From Cyanophora paradoxa CCMP329 (taxonomy: Eukaryota; Plantae; Glaucophyta): a DNA stretch of 64,000 nucleotides. Below are positions 44,501-58,138 of this stretch, piece by piece. The position numbers and the translations under genes were made by a program. Under the pieces are notes generated by a model. It was given only the letters and a program-made list of their open reading frames with translations, made no database searches and had not been told where the DNA came from. The stretch is from positions 1 to 64,000 of the forward strand of contig QPMI01000181.1 in assembly GCA_004431415.1 (NCBI GenBank), read 5' to 3'. The number at the start of each line of letters is the position of its first letter. Position 1 is the first letter of the stretch.

Positions 44501-47500
44501 TCGATGAGAGAGCTCCGGCTCACTTAGCTTCCTTAAGCTCTAAAGCTTTTGACCTTTAAAAGAGGCCGCTTTAACGAACTTCAGAGCTTTAAAGAGCTTT
44601 AGAGCCTAAAAAGAGCTTCAAAGAGGGCGCACTTGAAGGTGCCGTCCTTGTTGAGGGTTGGGGCCGCCGCGCCCGTGCCCGGCGCCGGCGGCGCCGGCGG
44701 CGACGGCGCCCGCGGGATCGGCGGCAGCGCCGGCTCGCCCTGCGGGGGGGAGGGGAGGGGAAGGGGGGGGGGAGATGTTTTAGAAGAGGAGAAAGGGCGG
44801 GATAGGATTAGAGGGGTACGCGTGCGCACGTTCGCGCCGGCCAGGATCATGGGGAGGGAGGACTGGAGGAACATGACGAGCGAGAAGACGACGGGTACCC
44901 CCGCCTGGAGAGGGGGGTACAGGCGTCACGGAGGGTACGGAGGATGTTGAGAGGGGGGGGGTACCTGAGCGACCGCCTGCTCGGCGAGGCGAACGGTGGC
45001 ATGGAGGCGGGCCCGGGGGGGAAGGGAGCTGCGAAACGAGGGCGTCGGGAGGGTACGGAACAAATGACCAGGAAGGCCGGGGGTACATTGCGGTGAAGGA
45101 GACGAGGGGGGCGCGAGAGGGGTAGAGGCACTCCTTCGGGAAGAAAAACTCGACCGTGCAGGGGCCGACGACGGCGGGGTCCTCAAACTGAGAGAGAAAA
45201 ATGCGTTGGTACCCCACAAAGCCACCAAAAAGGAGGGAAAAGGGGTACCGTGACGGAGAGGCCGTCCCCCTCCGGGAACCGGTACAGCTGCGTTCCAAAA
45301 ATAGACTCGAGGGCGACCAGCTCCTCCTCCCTCTGGGCCGCCAGGTCCTCCTCCTAAAGGGGGGGGGGAGATGTCAGAGGGGTACGGGATTCGGGAAGGG
45401 GGGTACTTGGCGAACCTTGACGAGGGCGCCCCCGGGCGGCCGCTGACCGCCGTCCACGAGAACTGTCGGTTGGGGGGGGGGGAAGAATCAAAGGGGGGTA
45501 GGGGATGAATCAGGGGGTACCGAATCTCGCACGTCCGAGGAGGAGGAAGAGGGCGGCGCGGGAGTCGCCGCGGGCCTTCTGGAGGGCCCAGCTGGCGTAC
45601 CCCTGGGGCCACCCGAGGTCCCGGATCCGGGCGCCGGCGTCCCCCGGGCCGCCCGCCTCCCCCCCGTTCTCCCCTTCGGCCTTGTTCTTGCCCTCGCCGC
45701 CCTTCTTCTGGTTCGCGAAGGCAACGACCTGGAGGAGGAGGAGGGGACGGCGGGCAACGTGAGAGGGATCGCAAGATACATCTAGGGCGCTCGGAGGCCG
45801 GAACGCGAGAACGCTCGCGGTCCCGAAGCAGATCAAAGGGAAGGGAAGGGAAGGGGGCGGGGGAGGGCGGACCTGGATGCCCTTGGAGGGCTCGAAGGCC
45901 TTTGGGAGGAGGTGCTCGGGCACGTTCAGCATCAGCCAGTCCAGGGCGCCCGCCAGGTCCTGGATGAGAGGGAGGTTGGGGAAGGAGGAGGAGGAGTGTG
46001 AAGGAGGATGAGGAGAAGGGCGGACGGAGGAGGCGCGGGCGGCCTGGTCGGCGTCGGCCTTGTCGAAGCCGAGGTTCGCCAGCTGCGTGATCAGCTTCCG
46101 CACCTGCCGGGAGGGCGGGGGGCGGGGGTCAGGAGAGAGGGGAGGAGCCTGGAGGGAGGGTGCGCGGCCGGCCGGCCGGCCGCGCCCTTCCCCCCGCTTC
46201 GCCCTCCCTTCCCCCCGCACCTCGGACTCCTCCCGCTTCTTCCCCGCCAGTTCCTCCAGCAGCTCCTGCGGGGCGGGGCGCGTCAGCCGGCGGCGGGGCG
46301 GGCGCCGCCGAGAAAGCGCTGGGCCTCGGCGTTTAGGGCCCCTCTCGTCTTGGGCGGCGTTCTAAGCTCCCCCGCCCCCCGGGGCGCGGCCGGGGAAGGG
46401 CCCCGGGCCTCGGCGCCCTCGCCAGAACGCCTCTCCTTCTCGGGGGGGGAGGGCGGCGGGGGGGCGGACCTGGGAGGACTGGTCCGCGGCGAGGGCCGAC
46501 GCGTCCTGCGGGGGGCCCCGCGCGTCAGGCGAGGCCGGGTCGAAAGGCGCCCAAACGGCGCCCCAGGCGGCAGCTAAGGCTTCCTAGCCCCGCACGCCGC
46601 CCCGCCCCGTGCGCCCCAGCCGCCGCCCCCGCCCCCCTCACGCACGCGGGAGTTCTCGCGGATGACGCGCTCGACGAGGGCCCGCGTATCCGCGTCCAGG
46701 TGCACCGCCGTCAGCTTCTGCTTGGAGCGGGGGCGAGGCCGAGGCGGGTCAGGGCGTAGTAGAGTTAGGCGGGCGGGCGGGCGCGCGCCTTGGTGGTCTG
46801 CTGGGCGGCGGCGTTCTCCTTCTCGCGCTCCGCCGCCTCCGCCGCCTCCTTTGCCGCCCGCTTCGCCTCCTCCTGCGCCACCGCGTGCTTCTCCGTCTGC
46901 ACGGGGGGGAGAACGTTCGTCAGGCGGAGCGCGGGGAGGAGCTCAGAACGCTACACGGCCTGCTGAAGGAGCTAGACAAGAGAAGAGAGACAGCGCCCAG
47001 GGCTACACGATTTGGAGTCGCGAAAGTCCGTTTGGGGCGGGGAGAGGATTGGGGGGAAGGGGGGTACCAGGGAGCGCCAGAGCTCCTTGTATGCGGTGGG
47101 AAGGATGCGGTACATCGGGTTGTCGGGGTTCAGCCCGTGCAACGCCACCTGTGGAGGGGTACAAGAGTGTCAGGGCGGGGGAGGTGAGGCGGGGGTACGC
47201 AGCGGCTGGGGTGCAGGCCGCAGGGGGTGGGTACAGAAATCGCGCACCACGGCCATGTGGTGCTGCGCCTCGGCGACGGAGGGGAAGTTCTCGCCGTCCT
47301 GCGGGTACGCTAAGCGGCGCAAGGAGTGGGGGCGGGGAAGGAGGGGGGGTACGGCACGCGCCTCGAAGAGCCGCTCGGCGTCGTTCTTGAGAGTGGGGAT
47401 CTTGGGAATCTGCAGGCAGAAGCGGAGGAGGCTCAGCTGCGGCGCGGTGCGCTTGGGGAGGGGGGGATGGAGCGCCTTGACTCGGAAGCGAAAGCGGCCG

Positions 47501-48041
47501 CCGGGGCAGCTGATCTGCTGCCACTCCGGCTTCGGCCGGTGGTTCTTCTGGCAGTACTCGTTCAAAAACGTCTTGGGCGTCTTGCCTGCGCGCGGAGCGA
47601 GGGCCGAAGGCGTCAGGCGCGCGCGATCGCCGCAGGAAGCGTTCTCGGGTCCATCTGCGCACCCGTCCAGTCGCCGAACAGCGTTTTCTGCGAAGCGGAC
47701 GGTCGGATGGACGCGCTGCGGTCGCGCGCACGGCGGTCGCACCCGCTCATCGGGCTTTGGCGGCTCAGTTGGCGGCGGCGTGTCCTTGCCGCCCTTGCCG
47801 CCGGCCTTCTTGCCCTTCTCGGGCTCCGGCGGCGGAGCTGGCTCCTTACCCTTCTTGCCGCCCTTAGCGCTCGCCGGCCTCGCCTCAGCTGCGCGCTCGG
47901 TAGTGAGCGCCTGGCATGCGGTCGGCGGCGGCAGCGCGTCGCGATCCGCGCGCCTTCCTCGGGCTCTTTGCCTTTCTTCTTCGACGAGCTCGACGCGCTC
48001 GAGCTGGTCGCGTAACTCTCCGGGCCCTTCTTCGGGCCCAT
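36154..48041 (-). CDS. Host multi-exon DEAH-box RNA helicase, DHX29/DHX57-like (dsRBD-, UBA-, RWD-like N-terminus, helicase core, HA2, OB fold)
   Basis: Exons give GETGCGKSTQ, TQPRRISA, LIDE|VHERS, LMSAT, ATNIAET, QRRGRAGR, EMLRVPLEQL, LGRHLASLPVD, SDHL and HLHPGSVN. Start is approximate. Confidence 0.88.
38583..39260. repeat. Intronic degenerate repeats copying an exon end and splice donor of the helicase gene
   Basis: GGCGGACTGGAAGACGGAGGCGAGGA recurs about five times, with TATC runs between copies. Confidence 0.6.
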
Positions 48042-48186
48042 CGCGCGGCGCGCCTCCTCCGCCCTGACTACCGCCTCCGACGCCTCACCTCAATCGGCTG
48101 TGTCTCTCGCGCACGTCGGCTGCTCGCTGGCTTCGCGCTGCGTGGTCTTCTTTCCCGGGTACAGCGCTCGAGCCGGGTACAAGGCG

Positions 48187-50009
48187 ATGGAGCCGAAGGA
48201 CCACGGGGTCTACTACGGGCAGCTGATGCTGACCCCACGCTTCGGCCTCCCCGTGTTCGCCGTGGTCGTGGCGACGGAGGATCAGCGCCCGCCGAAGGAA
48301 CCCATATTCGACAAGTTCGAGCCCGTACTCGACCAGCGGCTACCGTACGCCGACCTCGAAAAGCTGTGCCAGAAGGAACCGGTGCGCGCCGCGCTGCCGC
48401 CGCACATTCGCCCCTCGCATGACCGCTTTCGCGCACATGCGCAGTGGCTGTGTGCACTAGCGGTGGGTGGTGCGTGAGATCGGCGGCTCGCCAGGTCCCG
48501 AAGCCAGCCGCCCGCCGCGCCTAATGTCGGCGCGGTCCGCAGTGAGCGAGGACGCCCCGCCGTGGCAGCGGAAGCTATGGGAAACCCTCATCGACGAAGA
48601 GCTCATTCGCGTGTCGAAGGGATTCCGCGCCTCGGTCTCTAGCAGCGGCGGGGACCGGTACCTGTACTGTGCGCGCCTCGCCCGCGCCCTGGCCATGGCC
48701 GGCGCTGCGGCAGCGCCATTCCGACGCGGGCGGGCCCGAGCGCAGGCGTCCCGTGGCACGCGGCGAGCGGAGCGATGCAGGCGCTCAAGGGCAACGAGCG
48801 CGCAGCCGACTTCGATCTCTTCTGCGTTCTCGCCCCGGGCCCCGCCCCCGCCTCCTCTCCCCGCGGCGGCGGGCTCTCCCGCACAGGCAGCGCTAGCGCC
48901 CGCCCCGCAACCGTCGCCACGCTTTTGGCGGCCAAGAACGCCGCTTCCGCCCCGCCATCCTCCCCCGCCCCCGCCCCCGTCCAGGGCGCCTCCGCCTCCT
49001 CCTCGGCTCCATCCACCGCCCCGGCCGGCGCCGCGGCTTCCAAACCGGCCGAGGCCCCTTCTACGAAGTCCAGGAACCTGCCGGCTTCGATCAAGCCCAA
49101 GCAGCCGGCCCCGGCCGCCAAGCCCCCCGCCCCCTCCACCCCCACCCCCTCCGCCCCGCCCCCTCCGCCCCCGCCCCAACCCCGCCCACCGAACCTGCCC
49201 CTCCGCCCCGCCCCCGCCAAGGCACCCCTAACCCCTCCAATACGCCGTCGCCGTCAGCCTCCCCCCCGCCCTCCGCCGCCCCCAAGCCCTCCGGCCCCTC
49301 CTCTGCTCCTGTCGCCCCGCCCAAGCCCTCCGGCCCCTCGCCCCCCTCCGGCTTGGAGCCCGCACCCTCCCCCCTCACCGGCCCAGCAAAGACCGACAAG
49401 CCTTCCGCTGCCGGCTCCAAGCCGCGAATCGACCCGGCGGCCATCGGCGCCGCGGTGGCCGGCCCCGCGCCGCTCTCGAGGGCGCCAGGAGCGAAGTCGC
49501 TCCCGGCGGGCGGTACATCCAAGCCGGCTCCGCCTCCGGGCGGAATCTCCATACCCCGCACCTCCTCCGCCTCGTCCAGCACTTCCTCCCCCTCCCCCCG
49601 GGGGGAGCCCTCCTCGCCCCTCTCCGCCGACACCGACGGCCCCCGCATCCCCAACGACCGGCTCTCGGCTGCTCTTGGGGAGGCAAAGCGAGCGATCGAG
49701 AGCGGCGCGTACGCACACGCACCCTCGTCCGACTCCCGAGAATCTCCCCCAGTTACGCCCAGGGCCAATCCGGACCCGCCCGTGCCGGCGCCCGCCCAGC
49801 CCCCCGCCGCCCCCTCCGCCCCCGCCCCCGCCCCCGCCCAGGCCCCCCAGCGGCCCGCCTCTCGCCTCCTCCCCTCAGTTCGCCCCTCTGCTGCCTCTTC
49901 CTCCACCTCCGCCCCCACTTCCACCTCCGCCACTGCCCCCGCCTCTGCCCCCTCCACAGATTTGGGCGCCTCCGACGGACCCCCTGCAAAGAAGCCGCGG
50001 TCGAGTTAG
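48187..50009 (+). CDS. Host hypothetical protein: globular N-terminus (possibly SPOC-like) plus Pro/Ala/Ser-rich tail
   Basis: MEPKDHGVYYGQLML...VLDQRLPYADLEKL exons and a C-terminal PPAKKPR NLS-like motif. Domain call is weak. Confidence 0.5.
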
Positions 50010-50740
50010 CCCCACCTGCAGCTGGCCCTTGCCGGCCGAAGCAGAACTCGGAACGAAACAAATTAAAGGGGCACAGTACGCTTGAGCGACAGATCATAAT
50101 CATACAGAGGGAACAAGTTAGCAAAGAGCTTCCACAGTTTCAATCCTACTCAATCGCAAGCGTTAGTTGCCGCAGTGGTATGAGTGCCAAAATCGGCCGG
50201 GCTATGGAGGCCCTTATACTACTTTGCAATTAAATGATTCTGGCAAATAATGATCCTGATACTACTTTATATGATTCGTATAGATTACAGCGAATAATAA
50301 AGTACCACGAACTACTGCTTGCGTACGAATACTCATGATCAGCGACTAGGTATAGAACAGCGACTACAAGACAATCGATACCCATCGATAATAAATTTTC
50401 AAACCGTTGAAATACGTGCGTCCTGATTCTATATATCGCATCACTGACAAAATAGATCGTGACATCGCAGGCACTCGGGCCGGGAGGCGAAAATATTAAC
50501 GAGCTGCAAACCATAAGCTTTGCACTGCGGCAGGCTCAAGTCCCGAGTATCCGCAGGCACCTGAGTTCAAACTATCAAACCTTAAGGCTAGTGAGCGTAC
50601 AAAACATAAGCTATTACATTGCAAAATACGACTTTCTGAAGAAAATAACGAAAATGAAGTTGCACAACTATCACCCTTGCTATGATATGTTACACGATAA
50701 CTAATTGCCCAGCTCGAAGAAAGGAAGAGATCTCCTTGGA

Positions 50741-53605
50741 TCAGACGGAATCCGGGTCGACAGGGCGGCGCTCACGGAATACGTTGATCTGTCCTATGGC
50801 CGCGCTGCGCCCCGCGTCCGCCCAGACGCCCGGGGCCGGGGCCGGCCTGGCCCCCGCCGCCGCTGGCGCGGGCGACGCGCCCCCGCGCCAGTCGCCGGCG
50901 GGTACGGGAGATCCCCCCATCGACCGCCTCCGGAGCTCGCGGCGGTACCCCTCAACGACGGGCGGCGCCCGCAGGTTGTCGATGGGGGGCGGGGAGGAGG
51001 ACCGTTCCCCTTCGTTCGCAGCTCCGGAGGCGCTGCTGGGGGGCGGGCCGGCGACCATCGAAGGGTCGTAGTGTATCGTGTTGGACATCACGATTGGCGT
51101 CGCGGACGCGTGGAGAAGCAGCTGCGGCGAGTAGCATAAGAGAAGTCTATGCTGGGAGGGGGAGGGTGATAAAGCGGAGAGGGGTACCGGGCCGTGGATG
51201 TCGTTCGCCTCGAGAAGGCCCTTCGAGCCCGCGGCGAACTCCACCGCCGGGATTAGATCCCGCGCGGGCGTCTGATCCTCGGCGGGTTGCGGTCCGCGGG
51301 GGGTACGCCACGAGGCGCCGCCGACGCCGCCCGGCGCGCCGCCGCCGGCGGTCCGGAGGCGGTTCCCCCGGGCCGCGATGTCGCCCCCGTCCCCCACAAG
51401 AAGGGCGGACCCCCCGACAGAACACAGGCTGTTGCCCTACCCCCCGCGAAGAATCAGCGGAGCGAGCGAGCGGGGAACGAAAAAGGGGAAGCTCACGTCG
51501 ATCTCCACCCTCGACTCCGCGATGCGTACCCCCCTCCGGCACTGGTCGACGATGGAATTCTGCGGCAGGCGAAGAGTTGGGGAGGGCACGACATGGGAGG
51601 GGGGTACGGCTCACCTGCAGCGAGCCGGAGGAACGTTCCTCGAAAAAGACGGCGTCCCCCGAAATGAACCGAAACTCGCACTCCCTCGCCGCCGCCTCCG
51701 CGCCGCGCTGCGTGGGGTACGTCGTTCAGAAGAAACCCGACGGCGTACCCCGCCCGCCCAACTGAAAACCGTACCCGGGCGCCCACGCCGGCGGACGAGT
51801 TGGACACAGAGCACTTGTGAGCGGCCAGCGAGGCGCCGGGGCCCTGGAGGGGGGTACGGCCCGCTCAGGGCGCGCCCCAGGCAGGCAGGGCTTGATCGGG
51901 GCGGGGCGGGGCGGGCCGGCGCGCCTGGGACAGCATGGAAGCGGCGCCCCGGACGTTGAAGAGTGTGCAGCCGCGCAGCTCGGTACGGCCCTTGTCCGAA
52001 GCGAGGGATCCCACCCTGCCGCCCGGGCGTTGGACGGGGGCGGGCGGGCGAGCGGGCGGGGCGGAGGAGAGGCGGGGTACTGCAATGCGCACTCGCAGTC
52101 GTGGATCGTGCAGGCCTTGAGGGTGGTCGTACCCCTGTGCGCCGCCAGGGCGCCGACCTGGGGGGAAGGAAGCGGTTGGCAGGGGAGTACGCGAAGAGGG
52201 CGGCGGGGGAGGGGGGTACAGGGCGCACCCGCAGATCGCAGAAGTCGGTGCGCTCGAGGGTCGCGCTGGCGCCCTGCGGGGAGGATCAGCGGGGGGTACA
52301 GCGGCGGACATTCAGGGGGGTACAGGCACGCACGGCGTTGCAGACGACGCCCCAGCCTGAGGGGCTACCGCCGCTTTCGGCGCAGCGGAGGCGGCAGGCG
52401 GTGAGGGAGGCGTTCGTCCCGGGCCCGTCGAGCTGCGCGCGGGGGGGGTACCGATAAGCTCGAAGGTACCGGGGGTACTGCAGCCGTGCGCACCAGGATG
52501 CAGCACGAGTCGGGCTGACACGCGATCTGCGGGGGCACGGGCTCAGCAAAGGAGGGGGGGAAGGATGTCGCGGGGGGTACAGCGGGCCTCGACATCGGTG
52601 AGCTTGAGGGCTCCGTTGACGACGTGGAGGGCCCCCGTCTGCCAGGGGTACGTCGCTTCCGCGGGAGGCTCCGGGGTAGAGGAGCCGGAGCCCGGGGCGG
52701 ATCCGGAGGGCACGACCAGGGGCGGGAGGCCGCCGGGGGTACCGGAATCGGCGTCGGCGACGTTGATGGATGGCAGACGACCGAGGGACTGGAAGACGGG
52801 GGAGGGGCGGGGGAGCAGGCGGCCGGGGAGGGAGGTGAAGACGGAGGGCTCGGGGGGCGCCAGTGGGGGCTCGGTGCTGGGGGCGCGGGGGGGTAGGCTG
52901 CCGAAGGACGCGATGGCGAGCGAGGAGCGGCGGGAGCCGGGGGCCGAGGACGTGGAAACGGAGGATCGCCCGGACAGGCGGGGTACGTCGAGGGAAGAAG
53001 TGGGGGAGCCGGAGAGTACCCCCCCCGGGAGCACAGACATGGACCGGGGCCGTCCGAGGGGCGGCCGGGCCCGGGGCGCCGCGGCGGCCGCCGGCGCGTC
53101 CAGCTCGGGGGTACACTGCTCGACCTCCGCGTGCTCGGAGCCCTCGGGGGGTACCGCCCGCAGCGTCAGGTTCTGAAAACTGCGGCGGAAGGGAGATTGA
53201 GGGGGAGGAGAGGGAGCCCCCAGGGGTACAACCGTACGGAAAAGCGCGCACGTCACGGTGGGGGCATCGATGCGGAGGGCGCGGGGCCCCGAGAACTCAA
53301 TCGTGACGTCACCGCTGGCTTCGCCCATGCCGGCCACCGTGCAGCTCCGCATCAGCGTACCCGCCTCCTCGCGGTAGGTCCCCGGCGCGAGGTAGACCGT
53401 GCCTCCTGCGCGGCGCGGCGCGGCCGGCCGGCCGAGAGTCAGCGCTCTGACTCGACCTCCGGGCGGATCAAATCTTGCGAGGCGCGTGCGCTCTAGATCT
53501 CGCCTTGGTTGACCGCGGCGAGCCCATCGCCGAGGGTACGGAAGTAGTTCGGACCAGAAGCGTCCTCGCGCAGCGTGACGAAGACTGGCGCGCGGATCGG
53601 AGGCG
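50741..53605 (-). CDS. Host multi-exon right-handed beta-helix (pectin lyase-like fold) protein; boundaries approximate, 5' end may extend to about 54500
   Basis: YFRTLGDGLAAV...GGTVYLAPG-YREE cap motif and repeats such as TLKACTIHDC, ELRGCTLFN and LLEANDIHG. Confidence 0.55.
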
Positions 53606-55196
53606 GTGACAGGTCAGAACGCGATGGGCGAATTCGAACACGCGTGCGGCGAAGGGCGCGGGGCACCATTAAGCAGCGCCCGGCGCGACGGGCGGCGCGG
53701 GCTCTGTGAGTTCACTTCAGTTCGAGGCGCGGTTCGCGACGGCGGGCCAGGCCTCACCGCGGCTGCCAACACCTGGGCTTCCTGCGCCTTCGAACTGAAG
53801 GCGCTGAGAGAGGAGAAGGACACCGGCGCCTCCTGCGCCTTCGAACTGAACGAAGATTCCTGCCGTGGCTGCGCCGCACGTGCGCAACTGTTAGCCCAGA
53901 GCCCTGGACTCGGGAACACTCGCTCCGATCCTGCGGCAATTGCAATGGCGCAGGGAGGGCCGCCCGGGCCGGGGCGCGCACCAACGGCGAGCGTGTCGGC
54001 TTGCTCGCGCCCCCTCGGAGACCGTTCCAGAATGCCTCGTCGCTCATGGTGCCTGCTGCGCTCTAATCGCGGCCGGGCGGGCGGTCACAGGATCCGGATC
54101 CGGAAATCGATCGCTGCCGCGGCCGCTCGGGGGCCTCGGGAATGGGTTCAAAGGCTCTCCGCGCACCCCACTAATGGCGAACAACGTCGGGCGAGCACCG
54201 GGGCACGAGGCCGCAGGGAAGACAGCCGAGAGCCCGCTTAAGGAACTAAGCTTGAGCTGCCAGCGCTTTCCACAGCCTCCCAGGCCTTGACTACCGCGGT
54301 AGGCCGGCTGCAGAGTGCAGCGGCAACTTTGTGCCGCTTCTTGCTGCCGCAATGCGTTGCCTGCAGACTGCAGCTTGAGCCGCGAAGCCTCCGGGCACGG
54401 GGGTACCCGGTGACCGATCCGAGCGTCGTCTGAATGATTGGACAGCGAGTTGATAAAAAAAGGCTCAACTTGAAGGCCTCTCTCCGGAGTCCGCCGCAGA
54501 GCGGCAGAGCCGCAGAGGCCCGCATGCGCAGTCCGCCCAACCGCGACGTTACCGCAGCGCTAGCCGTGTGGCCCGTGTTCGATCGCGATCCCGACGCGCG
54601 CCGCGGCCGCCGCGGGCGCGCACGCGGCGCCGGCGGCTCAAATATTAATCAACCCTAGATTTAGATTCTGGAGTCTAGACCAACTGCAAGCCTTTGAAGG
54701 CTAGCCTAGTACTAGTAGACGTCGCGCGGCCTCGCGCCCGTCGCCACCACTCAGCGGCTCAGCTTCAAGTCAGCGAAGCATTCCTTTCGCAGACTTCAAA
54801 TTCGCCCGGCCTTGATGAGTCCCTTGACTCTCGCCAGTGTCGCCACGTGCACCCCTGTCTTTTCAGGTTTCAGCGCGAGCTCGATCGCGAGCACGTGCGT
54901 TCGAGTTTGGGCTTTCAGATTTCTCGAGTTGCACTTTGTCCTGCTAAACTCTACTATAATCCGAGAGGCTTGAAGCTAGGACCTAGGATCCCGGCCCGGA
55001 GCCCTGGGTTCGAATTTGATTCTCTCGATCGCGAGGCTTGCGCATGCGCTCGCGGCCCGCGCGCTCGAGCTCGGTGGGCCCGCGCGCGCGCGGAGGACCT
55101 GATGGGCAGATAGATTCCCGGGCCCATGCTTGAGCTTCAGAAGGCTCCTTTGCCGACGGCCGCGGCCGCGCGCACGCAGCGTCACGCAGCTCATGA

Positions 55197-58062
55197 TCAG
55201 GGCGGGGCGCAGGGCCCCGTCTTGGTGAAGCGGGCGAGAAAGAAGCCCGGCAGGTCGCTCCCGGACTGCGAACGAAGGGCGAAGGGGAAAAAGTCAGGCG
55301 GGGAAAAGGCGAGCGAGGGGAGAGGGGGGAGGGCGCGCCCCGTCCGACGGGTCGAACCGCTGCACCAGGCGCGCCTCCTCCTCGCTCAGGCCGGCGTTGG
55401 GGAGGGCCTGATCGCCGACTCAGAGAGACTTGACGAGGAGATTGGAGCCTAAGTAAGCAACAAGTAGCGGACCGGGCCCCCCACGCGGGGCTCCGCGGGT
55501 TCGAGTCGCAGCGGGAACGTATCCAGCGCGTGCCGGACCTGCCTCGCGATCGGTTTGTCAGTGGTTTGGCCGCGGCGAGCGAGAATCTCGGAGATCCACG
55601 ATCGCGATCGCGGACCATCATCTCGTTCTCGAGGGGGCTGATCGTGCACGTCGAGAAGACGAGCGTACCCCCGACCTTCAGCACCCGAACCTGCACGCGG
55701 GGTGCGGGCATCGGACGGGGGAAGGAGCCGCAACCCCGGGCGATATCGATGGGGTGGCGCCGGAGCCGCTCGTCCAGCCCGCTCGCGGTCGAGCTGGCGT
55801 CCGGCCGATGTCTAGCCCTCGTCAAGCGCAGTCTAGCTAGCCTCGTCGAGCCCAGTCTAGCCTCGGGCGGGGCGGGGCGGGCGCACGGCGGCCCAGAGGA
55901 GGGCGCGCTGGTACTCCGCGTGCTTGCGCAGCTCCGCGGGGGTGATGTCCTCGTCCAGCTTCGGCCGCAGGCCTGCGAAGGAGGAGGAGGAGGGTACGCT
56001 TCAGCGGGGCTTGGCTGCAGGCCCGGGCTGCGGGTCTAGGCTGCGGGCTGGGCCTGGGCCTAGGACCGTCCAGGTCAAGGGCGAGTTCATCCTAAAGCGG
56101 GCCTTGGCCAAATCCACGAGGGCCGCTGGAACGCGTCCAGAAGCCGCGAGGGGGCCCGGAAGGGGAGGAAGGGGAGGGGGGGGAGGCGAGTTGAGCTTGA
56201 GGTTTCTTGTGCCAGATAGCTGGCTTAGAGAGAGGGCGCGGGCGGGGGCGGGGCGGGGGCGGCCATCGGCCGCGCGCATGCGCACCGAGGGCGGAGCAGG
56301 GGGGGTCGAGGAGGACGCGGTCGAACCACTCGTCCGGGAAGCCGGTCCTCCCGTAGTCGTGCCCCTCCGCCTGGGGGGTACCCTCGCTCGGCTTGAGCGG
56401 CGCGGCAGCGAAGGCGGAGGCTCTAGGGCTCTAGATTCGGGCGCTGCCCGGGGCGCCCCGCCCCCCCCGCACCTCGGGTCCCTCCCTCGGCAGAGCCGCC
56501 TCCTCCGCCGGCGTCCGCTGCGGCGCGAGGGGAGGATAAGGGGGGGGAAGATCCGGGGGGGTACGCGTACCTTGCGGGATGCCTTCGTGGCGTCCAACCG
56601 GAGGGCGCGGATGCACTTGATCCCGAGGGAGGCCGCCGTACCCGCGATCACGTCCGCCTTGGGGGGTACGTTGGCGGATTTTTTTTGAATGGGGGCATTC
56701 GTCGGGGTACAGGCCACCTTGGATTTCGTTCGGTCGAGTGCGTAGACGACGCCCTTGTCCCCCATCAGCTGCGCGATGTGCGTCGTCTTGCCTGACAGGG
56801 GGGGTACGCGGATTCAGTTTGCTGTGGAGTGCGAAGGGCGGCCGGTCGGGGGGAGGTGGGGGGTTACCGCCGGGGGCCGCGCATGCGTCCAGAATCCTCT
56901 CTCCGGGCTGAGGCTGATGGGCCGGGGAGGGGAAAGCGAGCGTGAGAGGAGGGGGGTAGAGAGAAACAAGCGATGCGGGGTACAGGTGCGGACATTCAGG
57001 ACGTGGGCGACGACGGCGGAAGGCAGGTTCTGCAGGTACATTAGGCCCTCCAGTACCCCGTTCATTCCTGCCGGCGGGGTACATGAAAGCGTTAGCTCGA
57101 AGGGTACGGGAGGGGTACGTGTACTGAGTTACTGTACCGGGCGCGTTGTGGACGCGCTCCGTGAATCGGACGGCGCAGCCGCTCGTAGCACGGAAGATTT
57201 CAGAGCGGGACTGGGGTACGGGATTGCGTCGGGGAAGGGGGCGCGAGATTCTTCGCGGACGGGACGGGGGGTACCATCTCCGCGATCCCGTTGCCGAGGA
57301 AGATGTCGCCGTACCCCCTGTCGACGATGGCCCCCCGCAGCGATCGCATCTTCACGTCGACGCAGACGGATACCGTGTCTCCGGCGCTGACTGCGGGGGC
57401 GGGTTGGGGCGTGCGGGCGCAGAGCTAGGGCCGGGCCGCACTGTTCCGTTCGGCCGCGAGGACGCCGGGGGCGTACAGTTCCGCCCCGCGCATGAGCGCC
57501 TCTCCGGTCTTGCGAGTGACGACCACCTCTGCGGCCGCGGGCGCTCAGCCCGTCGCGAGCAAGCTGCGGCGGCGGGGCGCGCGGCCGGCAGATCGAACCC
57601 GGGTAGGACCGCGAGGGGCGCTGCGAGGAGCCGGACGGGATGACGATCATGTCGCTCAGGACGGGGTGCGGCTGCGCTCGGAACTGCGGCCGCGCGTGGG
57701 TCGCTGGTTAGGCTGAGCGCGATCGGCGGGTCCGGTGTGCGGGGCCCTAGCGCTAGCCGCGGGTTGCGCGCGGCGGTCTAGTTGCACGCGTCGCGCTCGG
57801 CATGTCGCACCTCGGTCGCCGCGAGGTGCTCGTTGAGGCGCGCGATGAGCTCCTCCCGCGTGGTTCGCAGTGTGTTCGTGCGGATCGTGGTGTGCGCCGG
57901 CGGCACCGCCAGCATCTTCAGCAGCCGCTCGAGGCGCTCCTCGCTGTAGTACTGCAGGAAGAACGCCCGAACCTCGGGGTGAAGCTCTAGGGCCGTCCCC
58001 GCCGGTCCCGAGGCAACTGCCGCCTGTTCCGCGGTCGACGTGCTGTCCCCGGCGCCCTGCAT
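55197..58062 (-). CDS. NSUN6: Host multi-exon RNA m5C methyltransferase with PUA domain
   Basis: IRTN, EALMRGAELYAPGV (PUA), YLQNLPSAVVAHVL, LDACAAPGG|KTTHIA, FDRVLLDPPC, LVFSTCT...ENE and GFFLARFTK. Confidence 0.88.
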
Positions 58063-58138
58063 CGCTCGGCTGGCGAGTTCGGGGGCTGCGCCGATTTGGC
58101 GCCGTACCCCCAGTTCAGCACAGGTGCCACAGGATAGG